Source of the DNA: Pocillopora damicornis
Lineage: Eukaryota
DNA: 64,000 nt
Assembly (NCBI RefSeq): GCF_003704095.1
Contig: NW_020846501.1
Span: 434,001 to 498,000, forward strand
Direction of reading: 5' to 3'
The notes under the pieces were generated by a model. That model saw only the letters and a list, made by a program, of their open reading frames with translations, ran no database searches and was not told the DNA's origin. The number at the start of each line of letters is the position of its first letter. Positions within the stretch are counted from its first letter, which is position 1. The translations under genes were made by a program, and so were the position numbers. This document shows positions 40,101 to 53,600 of this stretch, one piece after another.

Positions 40101-41609
40101 CCACCTTAGACTTGTGAAAAGAAATATTAAAATGGTGTGCTGAAAGCAGTCCTCTCCTTCCCCTCAGTCTGGGCTATTGCCCTGACAGTCCCACTGGGGT
40201 CATGGGTTTATGTTATTTTTGGTCCATATCCGGTTATCCTTGATAACCTCTATGGCAGAAGGGGATTTGCTCATGCTCCGTTTACCTTTGGTTATTTATT
40301 TCTTTTCAAACATTCGTGCTCAATTTTCATTTGTGTTACTGCCAGGTGCCTATGGAAGGCTCTCAAGGCGACAATGTGTCTATGGTTGTGAATACTGGTC
40401 GGTTACCCTCACCAGTAATTGCATGGTTCAAGGACGAAGAGCCAGTCGTGTCCAGTTCTCATCTTGAGATCTCACATGACCCCGATCACTCTAAGCTAAT
40501 GGTTCATCATGTCACCCCAGAAGACTCCGGTACTTACAAGTGTGTTGCAACTAGTGTAATGGGTACAATTACCAAGAAGTTTCTTCTTAATATAGAAGGT
40601 AACGTGATCTTTCTCTAACGTTCTAGCAAGTATTGATCAGTTAGCGAGCATATTTATTTGGTTTATAAAATCGGCATTCCTAAATGAACCCTCTTGAGCA
40701 AAGACAATAAAATACTGACATTGGTCGCCAAGAGAGTGCTTTTCGTTCGATGTAGGAATCAGTAAATTTCTGTAACTGCCTCGAGGGACTGCATCGCGTT
40801 TTTCTTTGCGCTCAATTTTTCTTCTCTCCGCAATTCTGATTTTTCCTCATGAGATGAAGATATTTATTGTTGTTCTGTTTATGGTTCTGGACGTTTTTTT
40901 TTTGTTATAAATGATTGTAAAGTGTGTGCTTTTTCTCGTCACTCAGGATCAGAACCTAAATTAGAACAGACAATAAGTACTTCCGACTTGCAAGCAGAAC
41001 CTGTAAGAGATGTTGCCGCACCGGTGTTCCTAAAAAAGATGGATGCTGTTGTAATTAATGCTGGAGAGGAGGCCCGATTTGATGTTAGAGTTTCTGGCGT
41101 TCCAGAACCTAAAGTTGTATGGTATCGGGGGTCAAATGAGGTGAAAGATGAAGGACGATTTGTGCACATTGATGCCATTGAAGAAGATCTGTTCACATTG
41201 GTTATTGAAAGCAGTGAATCAGGAGATGCTGGTCAATACAAGTGCGTTGCTTCCAACGAAGCTGGTCAAACGTCATGTGAAGCTCAGTTGATTGTACGCG
41301 AAAAGGAAGTTGACAAAAAACCTCTCAATGAAAATGTTCAAGGTACAAAAACTAATACTGTCGAGGACTTAAAATTTGGACACGCCTACTATACTAAGTT
41401 GCATCCAGTTAGAAGAATCACTCATCTGACTCTTTTTGGAGTTGATTCAGACTCAGTGCTGCTTTGGGATTAAAGGTTACACCCTTACATTAGTTATATG
41501 CATTGTGGCGTGTCCAGTAGAGCAGTTAAATGTATTTCCTATTTCGAATACAAGGGAATTACTTACTAGTGTGTTAATAATCATCTGTCTGTCTATGAAC
41601 TGAAATAAA

Positions 41610-41654
<45 letters not shown>

Positions 41655-44600
41655 TATAGCAGGTAATTTAGTGTTAACAACTGGGTTGAAAACGTAAATT
41701 AGCCACCGTAAAGGGTAAAAAAGCTGACGTTTCGAGCGTTAGCCCTTCGTCAGAGCGATCTAATCGATCTAAGCGATCTAATAATCGATCTAATCGATCT
41801 AATAATCGATCTAAGCGATCTAATAAACATTTACCCCTTTATTTCAGTTCATCTAATCTTAGGGCTAACGCTCGAAACTTCAGGTTTTTTACCCTTTACG
41901 GTGGCTAATTTACGTTTTCAACCCAGTTGTTAACACTAAATTACCTGCTATGAACACAAAATATATTGTTAATGTATGCTGAAATTTAATGATAGATAAA
42001 AGCTGGAGTTAATTTATATCTTACATAGCTAAACCACGAGAAGAGGCCCCCAACTTCTCACAGCCACTGCAGACAGTTGAGGTCATAGAAGGAACTGAAG
42101 CCACTCTTAAGTGTATGGTCACAGGCAATCCAGAGCCTAACATAGCTTGGTTTAAAAATGGTGACACTGTGGCAGAGGAGAAAAGATACAAAACTCGATA
42201 TAATGGAGAGCAAGCCACTTTAAAAATCCAGAATACAGAATTGGATGATGAGGGTGAATACAAGTGCGTTGCTGAAAATCACCTCGGTTCAGCCTCTTGT
42301 TCCGCTGAACTCCTTGTTAATGAACCAAACACTATGCCTGAGTTTGAAGAAAAAATGAAACCAGTTGATGTCATTGAAGGAGAACTTGCAAAATTTTCTG
42401 TGAAAGTGGCTGGTAATCCACCTCCTGTTATAGACTGGTTTAAGGGAAAAGATAAATTAGAGGACGAAGGGCGAATTGAAATAATTGATGACGAAGACAG
42501 TGGTAATTACACACTTATAATCAATGACACGCTCTTAGGGGATGCTGGGACATACAAGTGCATAGCTTTGAATGAAGAAGGTGAAAGGTCATGCAAAGCC
42601 GCCTTGGCAGTAAAGGAAGCTGTTACTAAACCTGAAATAGTAATTGAACCAGAAGCGACTCCGTTGAAAGTAGCAGAGGGTGATGTTGTCAGTCTTAGTG
42701 CGATCGTGAAAGGAAAACCTGTTCCCACAGTCGACTGGTACAAAGATGATGAGAAGCTGCGGGAAACAAGCCGTTTGAAGATAGATGCCAAAGATGGCGA
42801 ACACTCTCTTCTTATTCTGGAAGCCAAACCTGAGGACTCTGGGGTGTACAAGTGTCAGGCAAAGAGCAAAGGTGGTAACGTGGAAAAAACCTATCATGTC
42901 GACATAAAAGGTTCGTTGCTTCATGTTAAATCTTATGAGAGTAGAAGTATATCATTTGTATTCAGGTAGTCGTTATGATGCAAGCAATCTTGACACAGTT
43001 TTTTGCTGTAATTGCATGTGAAAAGCATTTGAAACCCTTTCACATTCTTTTCGAACGAGTTCCTGGAGCCCGCATGTAAAATATTCGGACTCCTCTTCTC
43101 TAGAGCCCCTAAGCGATTTTTTACCAAAAGTGGATGACCCCCAATTTGAAACCCAAACCTCTAACGGAGTGCCTAGCCAGTGGCATTCGTGGCATCATGA
43201 CACTTCTTCTACTTTTTTTACCATTTATCGAGATTTGCACACAATTTCTAAGTAAGGTGTCAAATTAGCTGAAAGCTGCTTGTACACTCAGATTTGGATT
43301 TTCATCATTTCATTTAGCCGCACCGCCCGAAGGTATTGCACCAGTATTCATAGAGTCCCTACAGACAGTAGAGGTAGTGCAGGGGTCACCCGCCAAGCTA
43401 CAGTGTAGAGTTACTAGCAAACCAGAACCAACTATCGACTGGTTCAGAGACAACGAACCGGTGAAGGAAGACAAGAGGATCAAGATCCGTTTTGACGGCG
43501 AATTGTGCACTTTGAAGATCTTAGAAACTGAGCTTGAAGATGAGGGCGCTTACAAATGCTTTGCAAAGAATGAATTTGGATCTGTTTCCTGCACTTCGGA
43601 ACTTCTAGTTAACGAACCATACAAGAAACCGGAGTTCACACAGAGAATGAAACCCGTTAATGTCACTGAAGGAGAGGCAGCACGGTTTGATGTCACTGTG
43701 GAAGGAAATCCAATTCCAGTGGTGGATTGGTTCCGTGGCAAAGACAAACTGGAAGACGATGGTCGTTACGTGATGATGAATGACGAAGAGGCAGGCATCT
43801 CCACACTGATCATCGAGGACACTCTTCTTGAAGATGCAGGAACGTACAAATGCATAGCTGCGAACGAGGAAGGACAGGCAAGTTGTAAAGCTGCTCTTGC
43901 TGTCAAAGAGAAAATGATGACACCAGAGTTCACGGACGAAGAACAAAGCCTTCCATTTAACTTTATGGAAGGAGATGAGGCACGCTTAACTGTAGGTATA
44001 AAAGGCAAGCCTGTACCAACTGTGGAGTGGTACAAAGATGACAAAAAGGTAAGAAAAACCAGCAGAATAAGAATGGACGAAAAGGATGGCAAGTTCTCTT
44101 TGGTGATTTTAGATGTTACTTCTGAAGACAAGGGAAGCTACAGATGTGAGGCCTCAAGCAAAGCAGGCACTGTCACTCGTAGATTTGATGTAAACGTAGC
44201 AGGTAAGGTAGCGTTTCACTGACGTGCATATTAAAAAGGGGTTGCTACCTTACTCGGCCCTTAATCTAAACGTACCGTGAAATAAGATTGAGGTTGCAAT
44301 ACTAGAAAGATAATTGTATGTTTGGGGCTCATAACGTTAACAAAGTGTTATGCGGTTTGATGATTTTAACTTGATGGAGTTTTTTTTTTCCCTATTGATT
44401 CAAATACATTTCTTCATTTACGCTAGGATGGTAACTTTGTTTTAGGCGGATGCTAATCATCGAACCTAAGAAACACTTTTATCAGCCTAGGCCCAGCTAC
44501 CTCTTTTCAGTCCTCTTTTGGAGACCACCTTTTTCTTTCGTGATCTTGCTCGCCGACGGTATAAACAGTCGTGCGGTATTGATACACGAGGGGAGCTATT

Positions 44601-47600
44601 TCCTTATTTAAAATCAAACATTTACAAGATGACCGTGATTTTAGGCAAACTCTTTCGGCTTCTCTTACTCTCAACATATTAAGGTTCGTTTCTTATTGTT
44701 TCGCAGAAAAGAGCCCGGAAGGAAAAGCACCGGAAATTGTGGAACCTTTAAAGTTTGTTCAGGTCCTTGAAGGTTCTCCTGCCGAGTTAAAATGCCAAAT
44801 AAGCGGACAGCCCAAGCCAACGGTGGAGTGGCTTAGAGGCAACGAGAAAGTGAAGGAGTCCGAGCGTATACAGTTTGTAAGTAATAATGAAACCTTCTCT
44901 CTGAATTTCAAGGAAGCCGAACTTGACGATGAAGGTGACTACAAATGTGTTGCCCAGAATGAGTTTGGCAGTGTGTCTTGCTGGGCTGAATTTCTTGTAA
45001 ACAAACCAGCTGCAAAACCGGAGTTCAGGGAGAAAATGAAGCATGTCACTGTCCAGGTTGGTCAACAAGCCAGGTTTGATGTGCTTATTACGGGAGTACC
45101 CAAGCCACAAGTTGATTGGATGAAAGACGGTAAGATATTGGAAGAACCAGCTGAGAGATTTACTTTTCTGGATGATGAGGACGAGGAAGATGAAGGGCGC
45201 TCCTCACTTACCATTGAGGACGTAAAACTAGAAGATGCTGGAAAATACGGATGTCTTGCTTTCAATGAAGAAGGTGAAGTATTCTGCGAGGCCAACCTTT
45301 TAGTGCAAGAGACCCTGATTGCCCCTGCGTTTGTTGACGAAGCTGAAAGTGCCCCAATTCTTGCTGAAGAGGGAGGTGAAATCAATTTGAGTGCAGAACT
45401 GAGGAAAAGCCAACCAGAACTGAAAGTTGAATGGCTCAAAGATGACAAAACAATCAAAGAGGATCAACGTTTGAATCGTTTTGTCATAGAGGACACACAC
45501 ATGCTGAAAATTACGGGGGTTGTCCCAGAAGATTCTGGGTTGTACAAGCTTAAGGCTAGTGGCAAAGCAGGCTCTGTAGAGAGGGAGTTTGATGTACAAA
45601 TTTCAGGTATTGTGTCTAGCTGCAGTGTGCATTCTCTGGCACCAAATTATAATCACTAGTCAATCCCAGCTGAGCTCTGTCTTTATTATCATAACATACC
45701 CAATCCGTAATCACTTAGTAAGCATCTCGGTTTTCTGTTGCAGGAGCAAGTGGGTGAATATCTGTTTCTCTGAACTTTTAAGCTACATTCCAAGGCATAA
45801 TTATTTGTGACACTTCCCAAGAACAACTTTCATGTTGTTCTTTCACCCCTTTCCCCCTTCCTATGATGTTAATTGCCACTGTCTCTGCCATCTTCTTTGT
45901 CTCAACCATGGTGTCTGGGGTGTAAACCTGCACGACACTAACAGACAGACAGGCCGACAAACTAAAAGACAGGTAGGACTTGCTTGTTTCATAAAAAAAA
46001 ACCTTAAAAAATCTTTTGACTTTACCTCAATAGCCAAGCAGCCAGAGGGTGATGAACCACAATTTACAGAGCCCTTACAAGCAGTAGAAGTGAAAGAGGG
46101 CGATGCGACTAAACTTCATTGTACAGTTACCGCTGAACCACCTCCGACCTTTGAGTGGCTAAAAGATGGAGTTCGAGTGAAAGAGAGCAGAAGAGTTAAA
46201 GTGGATAGTGATGGGATGACATCCTCTCTCTCTTTTAAAGACGCGAGGCCAGATGACAAAGGAGAATACAAATGTGTTGCCTCTAACGCATTCGGTTCTG
46301 CTTCGTGCGCAGCAGCGTTGAAAGTGATGGTTCTATCTAAACCAGACTTTAAAGAGAAATTGGGAGGGGTTGAAGTAGTTGAGGGTGATTGTGCCAGCTT
46401 TGACGTTGTTGTAGTCGGTTATCCTGAACCGTTTGTTGAGTGGTACAGAGGGACCATAAAACTACAGAATGACGAGCGCACTGAGATCAAAGAGGTTAAG
46501 GATCTTGCCCGTTTTTCTCTTACCATTAAGGATGTTAGTCGTGATGATGCTGGGATCTATAAATGCGTGGCCTCCAATGAAGCTGGAAAGACCACAGTAC
46601 GTGGTGAGCTCTCTGTGAAGGAGAGGCTGTTTGCTCCTGAAATTCCTGAAGGACAGGAAGAGGCCCCCATTACAGTTACAGAAGGCGATGACTGTAATTT
46701 GAATACAACGATCGTTGGGAAGCCGAAACCTGACGTGAAATGGTACAAAGACGATAAACCCCTTCGCGAGAGTACAAGGCTTGACATCAAAGCGCGTGGA
46801 GATAAACACTCTGTAGTGATTCTTGGCATCCAGACGAATGACTCTGGTGTTTATAAGTGTGAAGCTAAGAGTAAGATGGGAACTGCAACCAGAAAGTTTG
46901 ATGTCAGAGTACGAGGTATGTTACCTTTGTTCCTGGAATCGTTGACGTTTTTTGCCTCCGGAAATCCATGTAACTGAAACTATGACCATATAAGGTGTGC
47001 AGGATAGCCAGAGCTTTATCGCATATTTTCTTAATTGGCCTATGTCCTCCCAGAACGTTTAATGTCAGAGTACGAGGTATTTTACCTTTATTCCTGGAAT
47101 CGTTGACTTTTTTTGCTTCCGGAAATCCATTTAACTGAAACTATGACTAAAGATATGCAGGGCTGCCAGAGAGTTTTATCACATATTTTCTTAAATGGCT
47201 TATGTCCTCCCAGCGTCTCAAGTAACATGCGTTAACATGCGTTAACATGCGTTAACATGCTTGCGACTGAAATGGTTATATCCTTCATTAGTTTTTATAA
47301 AAATAGGCATTGTATTATTATAACACAATGCCCTTTTTTGCCTGTGTTTTTTCCTTGACAGCCGAGAAACCGAAAGGAATAGCACCAGAAATCTTAACAC
47401 CCCTCCAAAACCTTACAGTTGTGGAAGGTAAACCAGCAAACTTGGAGTGTGAGGTAAAAGGAGAACCACAACCCAATATTGAATGGTTTAAAGATGGCGA
47501 GCAAGTGAAACAGTCGGAGCGCATCAACTTGAACTTTGAAGGCAATTTTGCTTCTTTATCGTTCAAACCAGCTGAGCTTGACGATGAGGGTGAGTACAAG

Positions 47601-50600
47601 TGCGTGGCTCGTAACGAGCTCGGCAGTGCGTCAAGCGAAGCAGAGCTTCTGGTGGAAGAAGCTGAAACCAAACCAGACTTTAAAGAAGAGCTGAAGAATA
47701 TCAGTGTCTTGCCAAGGGCCGAAGCCAGGTTTGATGTGCGTGTTGTGGGTGTACCGCCACCAGAAGTTGACTGGTTTAAGGGAAAACAAAAGATCGAAGA
47801 TGAGGGTCGCTTTATTTTGATTGATGACGAAGAGGACGACCTGTTTTCTTTAGTGATTGAAGAGGCAAGGCCAAGTGACAGCGGTGAATATGAGTGTGTT
47901 GCATTCAATGAAGTCGGTGAAGTTTCATGTAAAAGTAAATTAATTGTTGGAGAAACGCTGATCCCACGAGAAGAGGCTGAAAGTGCGCTGCCTGCGGTTG
48001 AAGAATCCATCACTGTACCCGAGTCAGCTGCCAAGGTCGAGAGCGCTCTTGTTATGGAACAGGAAGGAGGGGATGTGAAAGGTAGTCAAGAAAAAAACAG
48101 CATTTTGACAGTATGTTCGTGTGTGTTGCTTTCATTTAAAGGTAGCCCTTCCAAACCATCAGTGAATATTCTACAGTGTGAGGTTAATTTATCTGAAATG
48201 TTGCGCATGTGGATTGGAGGTCCTTTCGTGTAGTCTCACCATTGCAATACATCTACTGTTTCTGTGAAGATCCATTTGAAAAAAGGAGACAACCCATCGG
48301 AAGGCTTTGTTCCCAAAGACACTTTTGAAAGGGAAATAGCTACCTTTTAACGCCTTACTCGTTTCTTTTAAACATTTAGCATCTGCTAATTATCTGCATG
48401 TATTTACTGTTGTTATTTTTCTTGGTTTTTCTTCATACGTGCATTCCGTTGTAGTGGTAGGCTTCTTTTATTCTTTCCATTAACGCGTGAGTATCATTCT
48501 TAAAACCGTCGTTCACATCAATGAAGGGATCTTTTGTAATTTTGCTGGTCCTCTTTACTATTTTTGTTGCTTTAAAATGTAGCTAAGAAACCAGGAGGAA
48601 AAGCACCGGTATTTTCTGAATCTCTTCAATCCGTGGAGGTAAAGGAAGGAAGTGATGCCAAACTACAGTGCACTGTGACTGCTGAACCCAAACCTAACAT
48701 CGAGTGGTTTAAAAAGGGAGTGCGGATGAAGGAAAACAGACGGGTCAAGTTTGAAAGTGATAGTGACTCCTTTGCTGTAACAATTAGGGATGCCAGATCT
48801 TTTGATGAAGGAGAATACAAGTGCGTGGCTACCAATGAGATTGACTCAGCATCCTGTGCGGCCACTCTAACAGTGCGAGTCGTAGCTAAGCCAGAATTCA
48901 AGGACAAACTCAAAAGAGTCGAAGTGATGGAAGGAGACTCTGCGCAATTTGATACTCGAGTAGTTGGTTACCCTGTGCCTGAGCTACAGTGGTTTAAAGG
49001 GATTAGTAAGCTGAAGAGCGAAGGTCGAATTGAGTTTAAAGAGAATTCTGAAGACAATATGTTTTCACTTGAAATCCGTGATACCCAGCGTGACGATGCT
49101 GGGATGTACAAGTGTGAAGCCTCAAACGAAGGGGGTAAGGTGTTTTTTTTTTTTCGTTATGTGCAGCTTTAAAATTTTGCGCACATCTGTGCGCGTCTGT
49201 CTAAAATCAGTCTTAACGAGTGATTGGCGTCAGAGATTCCGCGCATTTGTCCTGGTAACGGAGATGTATGCTTTGTTATGTATGCACTTACATCTGTAAT
49301 CGCGCGCTTTTTTATGAATGATTGTCGACCAATATAGACCCGTTAATTTGCTAATAGTTACTTAGGGCGAAGTCATATAAAAGAGATTTAACGCTTATTC
49401 TTCTGACCCAGGTAAAACCACATGCCGAGCGGACCTCATAGTAAAGGAGAGGCTTTTCGCCCCCGAAATTTCAGGAGACCAATCTGAGGCTCCCCTTACT
49501 GTGACTGAAGGCGGAGAAGTTAGTTTGGATGTCACAATCAACGGAAAACCAAAACCTGACGTGAAATGGTATAAAGATGACAAACCCCTTCGCGAGAGTA
49601 CCAGACTAGACATTAGAGCACGTGGAGATAAACACTCTGTGGTGATTCTTGGCATCAGGGCGGATGACTCCGGTGTTTACAAGTGTGAAGCTAAGAGTAA
49701 GATGGGAACTGCCACCAGAACGTTTGATGTCAGGGTACAAGGTAGGACTCTTTTAACCACAATGACGTAATTTTTCCGACTGTAATTGAACGTTGTTTGA
49801 ACCTTTTAGGTGAAACTTCTTTTAAACAAGAGATACTTCCCTCCACAGCTCTCTCTTTTTAACGCACTTCTTATTTCTGAAGTGGAAGAATTTTCAAATG
49901 TGATTTTGGTGTATGCGTTTTTAGAGTTTTATGATTTTGAGAGAAGCTAGAGTCTCTTCTTCACAATGATAAGGCGCACTAAAATCGTCACTTAAACATT
50001 GTAGGCTGGCTATGTAGACGAGTTCTAACCCAAACCGCGGTTTTACACAAGTAGTGAGCCTTACATATTCTCTATAAAGAGAGTTGTTTTCATTAAATGA
50101 TTGTCCTTCCAACGCTAGTTTTGGGCCTTCTTGACAACGTGCACAGTTTAGGACGCGGTTTTTTTAAAATACGGCTAAACTTTTTTTTTTTTTAAATAAC
50201 CGGCCTTGTATTTCACTTTAGCACCAGCCTCTGAATTTTTACTGCGACAAACAATTCAAAATAGGACCTGCAGGAATGTCAGACGTTTGTGGCCCATTCA
50301 ATGTTTATTGTTTCATGATATTATAATCACTACATTGTGATATATACTTCAGTAATTACTATATTTTTGTTTACACCCTCAGCTGAGAGGCCTAAAGGAA
50401 GTGCCCCAGAGTTTACCTTTCCTTTGCAATCAGTTGAAGCATCCGAAGGGACCAAAGTGAAACTTTCCTGTACTCTGAAGGGGACTCCGCAACCAACCAT
50501 CCAGTGGCTTAAAGATGGAGAACCATTAGAGACCAACAAAGGAGTTACAGCTGACTTTGATGGAGAACTTGCTTCTTTGTCATTTAGTGCAGCGGAACTT

Positions 50601-53600
50601 GACGATGAGGGTGATTACAAATGTATTGCTCAAAATGAGCTGGGTGCTGCATCCTGCTCTGCAGAACTTCTCGTAAACGAAGCTGATAGTAAACCAGAAT
50701 TTACCGAAGCTATGAAGGACATCGAAGTAGCTGAAAACAAAGAAGGAAGGTTTGATGTGCGTGTAACAGGATATCCTAAACCAGCTGTGCAATGGCTTAA
50801 AGGAGCTGACAAGATCGAAGATGCTGGAAAATATATTTTAATTGACGATGAGGAAGATGATCTCTTCTCTCTTGTAATTGACGATGTTTCCCCAGATGAA
50901 GCCGGTACTTACACCTGCAAAGTAACTAATAACGTTGGAGAGGCCGTCTGCGAAGCTGAACTTAAACTAAAGGAGAGTATAGCGGCCCCTGAATTTGCTG
51001 ACGAGGAGGAGACAGGCCCAATCACAGCAGTTGAAGGTGGCGAGGTGACATTGTCTGTTGCCGTAAAAGGCAAACCTCGTCCTGATGTCGAGTGGTTCAA
51101 AAATGATAAGCCACTGAAAAAAACAAGTCGTCTGGACGTAAGATCCCGAGACGACAAGTTCTCTTTAGTTGTTATGAATGTCTCACCAGAGGACTCTGGC
51201 CTTTACAAGTGTGTGGCTAGCAGCAGGGTTGGACGCGTTATTAGAACATTCCAAGTGAATATCGAAGGTAAGATATTTCTTTTTTCGCAGTACTATGATG
51301 TAAATACTTTTTCAGAGCTGGAGAGAATTTTAAACACGGTGTAAGGGAATAAGAAATCACTGAAAATGACATACATGGCTTTCTCTGGGTGGGGGGGGGG
51401 GGGGNNNNNNNNNNNNNNNNNNNNNNNNNNNNNNNNNNNNNNNNNNNNNNNNNNNNNNNNNNNNNNNNNNNNNNNNNNNNNNNNNNNNNNNNNNNNNNNN
51501 NNNNNNNNNNNNNNNNNNNNNNNNNNNNNNNNNNNNNNNNNNNNNNNNNNNNNNNNNNNNNNNNNNNNNNNNNNNNNNNCACCACAAGTTACACAGCCTT
51601 TAAAAGCAACGCAGATTGTAGAGGGAAATCCTGTAAGACTGAAATGTCGCATGACTGGATCACCAGAACCCACGGCAGAGTGGTTAAAAAATGGAGAACA
51701 AGTCGAACTTAGTCAAAGGATCAAAGCTGATGTAATAGGCGATATGTGTCAATTGTCCTTCGCTGAAACGCAAGAAGACGATAGTGGATCTTACAAATGT
51801 GTCATTATAAACGATCTAGGGTCGACTTTTTCAGAAGCAGAACTTGTCGTGACCATACCAATTGTAGCACCCAAATTTAAGGAAAAGCTAAAAGGTTTAC
51901 AGGTGAATGAAGGCGAACAAGTTCAGCTTGATGTACGGGTTAGCGGAAATCCTACACCGAACGTTTCTTGGTTCCGTGGACCTCAAGCTATCATTAACGA
52001 AGGGCGATTTATTGTTAAAGCAGACGACGGGGATGAATTATATTCTCTAATAATTGATGAAACAACTTTAGATGACAGTGGTACTTACAAATGTGTTGCG
52101 TCTAACGAGGCAGGAAAAGCCACATGTCGTGGGGAATTAGAAGTTAATGAAAAGCTTACGGCTCCAGAATTTGCAGGCGTGTTCAGTGACGCTCCAGTTA
52201 TCTTCAGAGAAGGGGAAGAAGTTTCGATGGAAGTTACAATACGAGGAAAACCTGCTCCTGACGTTGAGTGGTATAAAGATGAACTTAGTGTCAGAAAGTC
52301 ATCAAATATGACCACCCTGGTCAAAGGAGAGAAACAAACACTTCTCATTTACAACGCCAAGCCAGCTGATTCTGGAGTGTATAAATGTGTGGCAAAGAGT
52401 AACATGGGAACAGCAATGCGGACGTTTAACATCACCGTAGAAGGTTAGCTAATTTCAGATAAAAATGAGTTATACAAACATAGGGCCCATCTTATATTTC
52501 TTTATCTACTGTGAAGGACTCAAAACTAGTTAAGTCATCCTTTGAGCCCATATTTTTTTAAGGCGATGGTGGTAAACGCTACAATTCTTGTATCACCAAC
52601 TCCAAACCTGTGGAAAAAGAAACATCTCTCAACCTCAATATTCCTAACTCTTTCCTTTTTCTTAACTAGCCAAAAAACCCAAAGGCTCAGCGCCGGAGTT
52701 TTTCAAGCCTCTAAAGAAAATAGAAGTTGTTGAAGGCAGTAGTGCTAAATTAGAGGGCTGGGTTCATGGAAAGCCAGAACCAAGTATCGAATGGTACAAA
52801 GACGATGAACTTGTCACATCTAATAGACGAGTGAAAACCTACTTCGACTCGGAAGTTTGCAGACTGACAATTTCTGATACTGTTGCTGATGACGAAGGGG
52901 AATATAAATGTGTAGCAACCAATGAACTTGGCAGTGTGTCGTGCTCCGCAGAGCTGCTTGTAAATGAAGCTATTATAATACCAGAGTTTGAGGAGAAATT
53001 GAAGCACACTGAAGTTATTGAGGGTGATACCGCGCGATTTGATGTCTGCGTGGTTGGCAATCCTAAGCCTGTTACCGAATGGTCAAAGGGTGGAAAAGCT
53101 ATCGTCAGTGGAGGAAGGTTTAAAATTGTGTATTCTGAGGACAGCAATGTACATTCCTTATTTATTGAGAATGTGTCATTAGATGACTTCGGAAGCTATA
53201 AATGCGTTGCGTCTAACGAAGCTGGAAGAATGCAATGTTCTGCACGGCTTGATGTAAAAGAGAGACAGATTGCGCCAGAGTTCTCCGATGAATACGGTGA
53301 TTCACCAATAGAAGTTAAGGAAGGCGATGAACTTAAGATAAACGTGACAATTCGGGGGAATCCAAGTCCAGACGCAGAATGGTTTAAAGATGACAAGCCA
53401 TTTAAAAGAACAAGTCGCGGAAATATATCAGCGCGAGGAAATAAATTTGGTATCACAATCTTCACTGTTACTCCCGAGGACTCTGGAGTATATAAATGTG
53501 TTGCGAAGAGTGCTGCAGGTACAACGACTAAAACCTTCCAGGTTGATATCGAAGGTAAGTAAATGTGCGTGGTACTGCATGGAGTGTGACGCTATTTATA

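Noticed and set aside
41756-41825. Short repeat arrays here and at 63400-63525 as a possible CRISPR
   Set aside because: Tandem units without unique spacers, in a eukaryotic intron, with no cas genes.
51388-51579. Poly-G run as a G-quadruplex, and ORFs spanning the Ns
   Set aside because: It abuts an assembly gap, so its length and content are unreliable.
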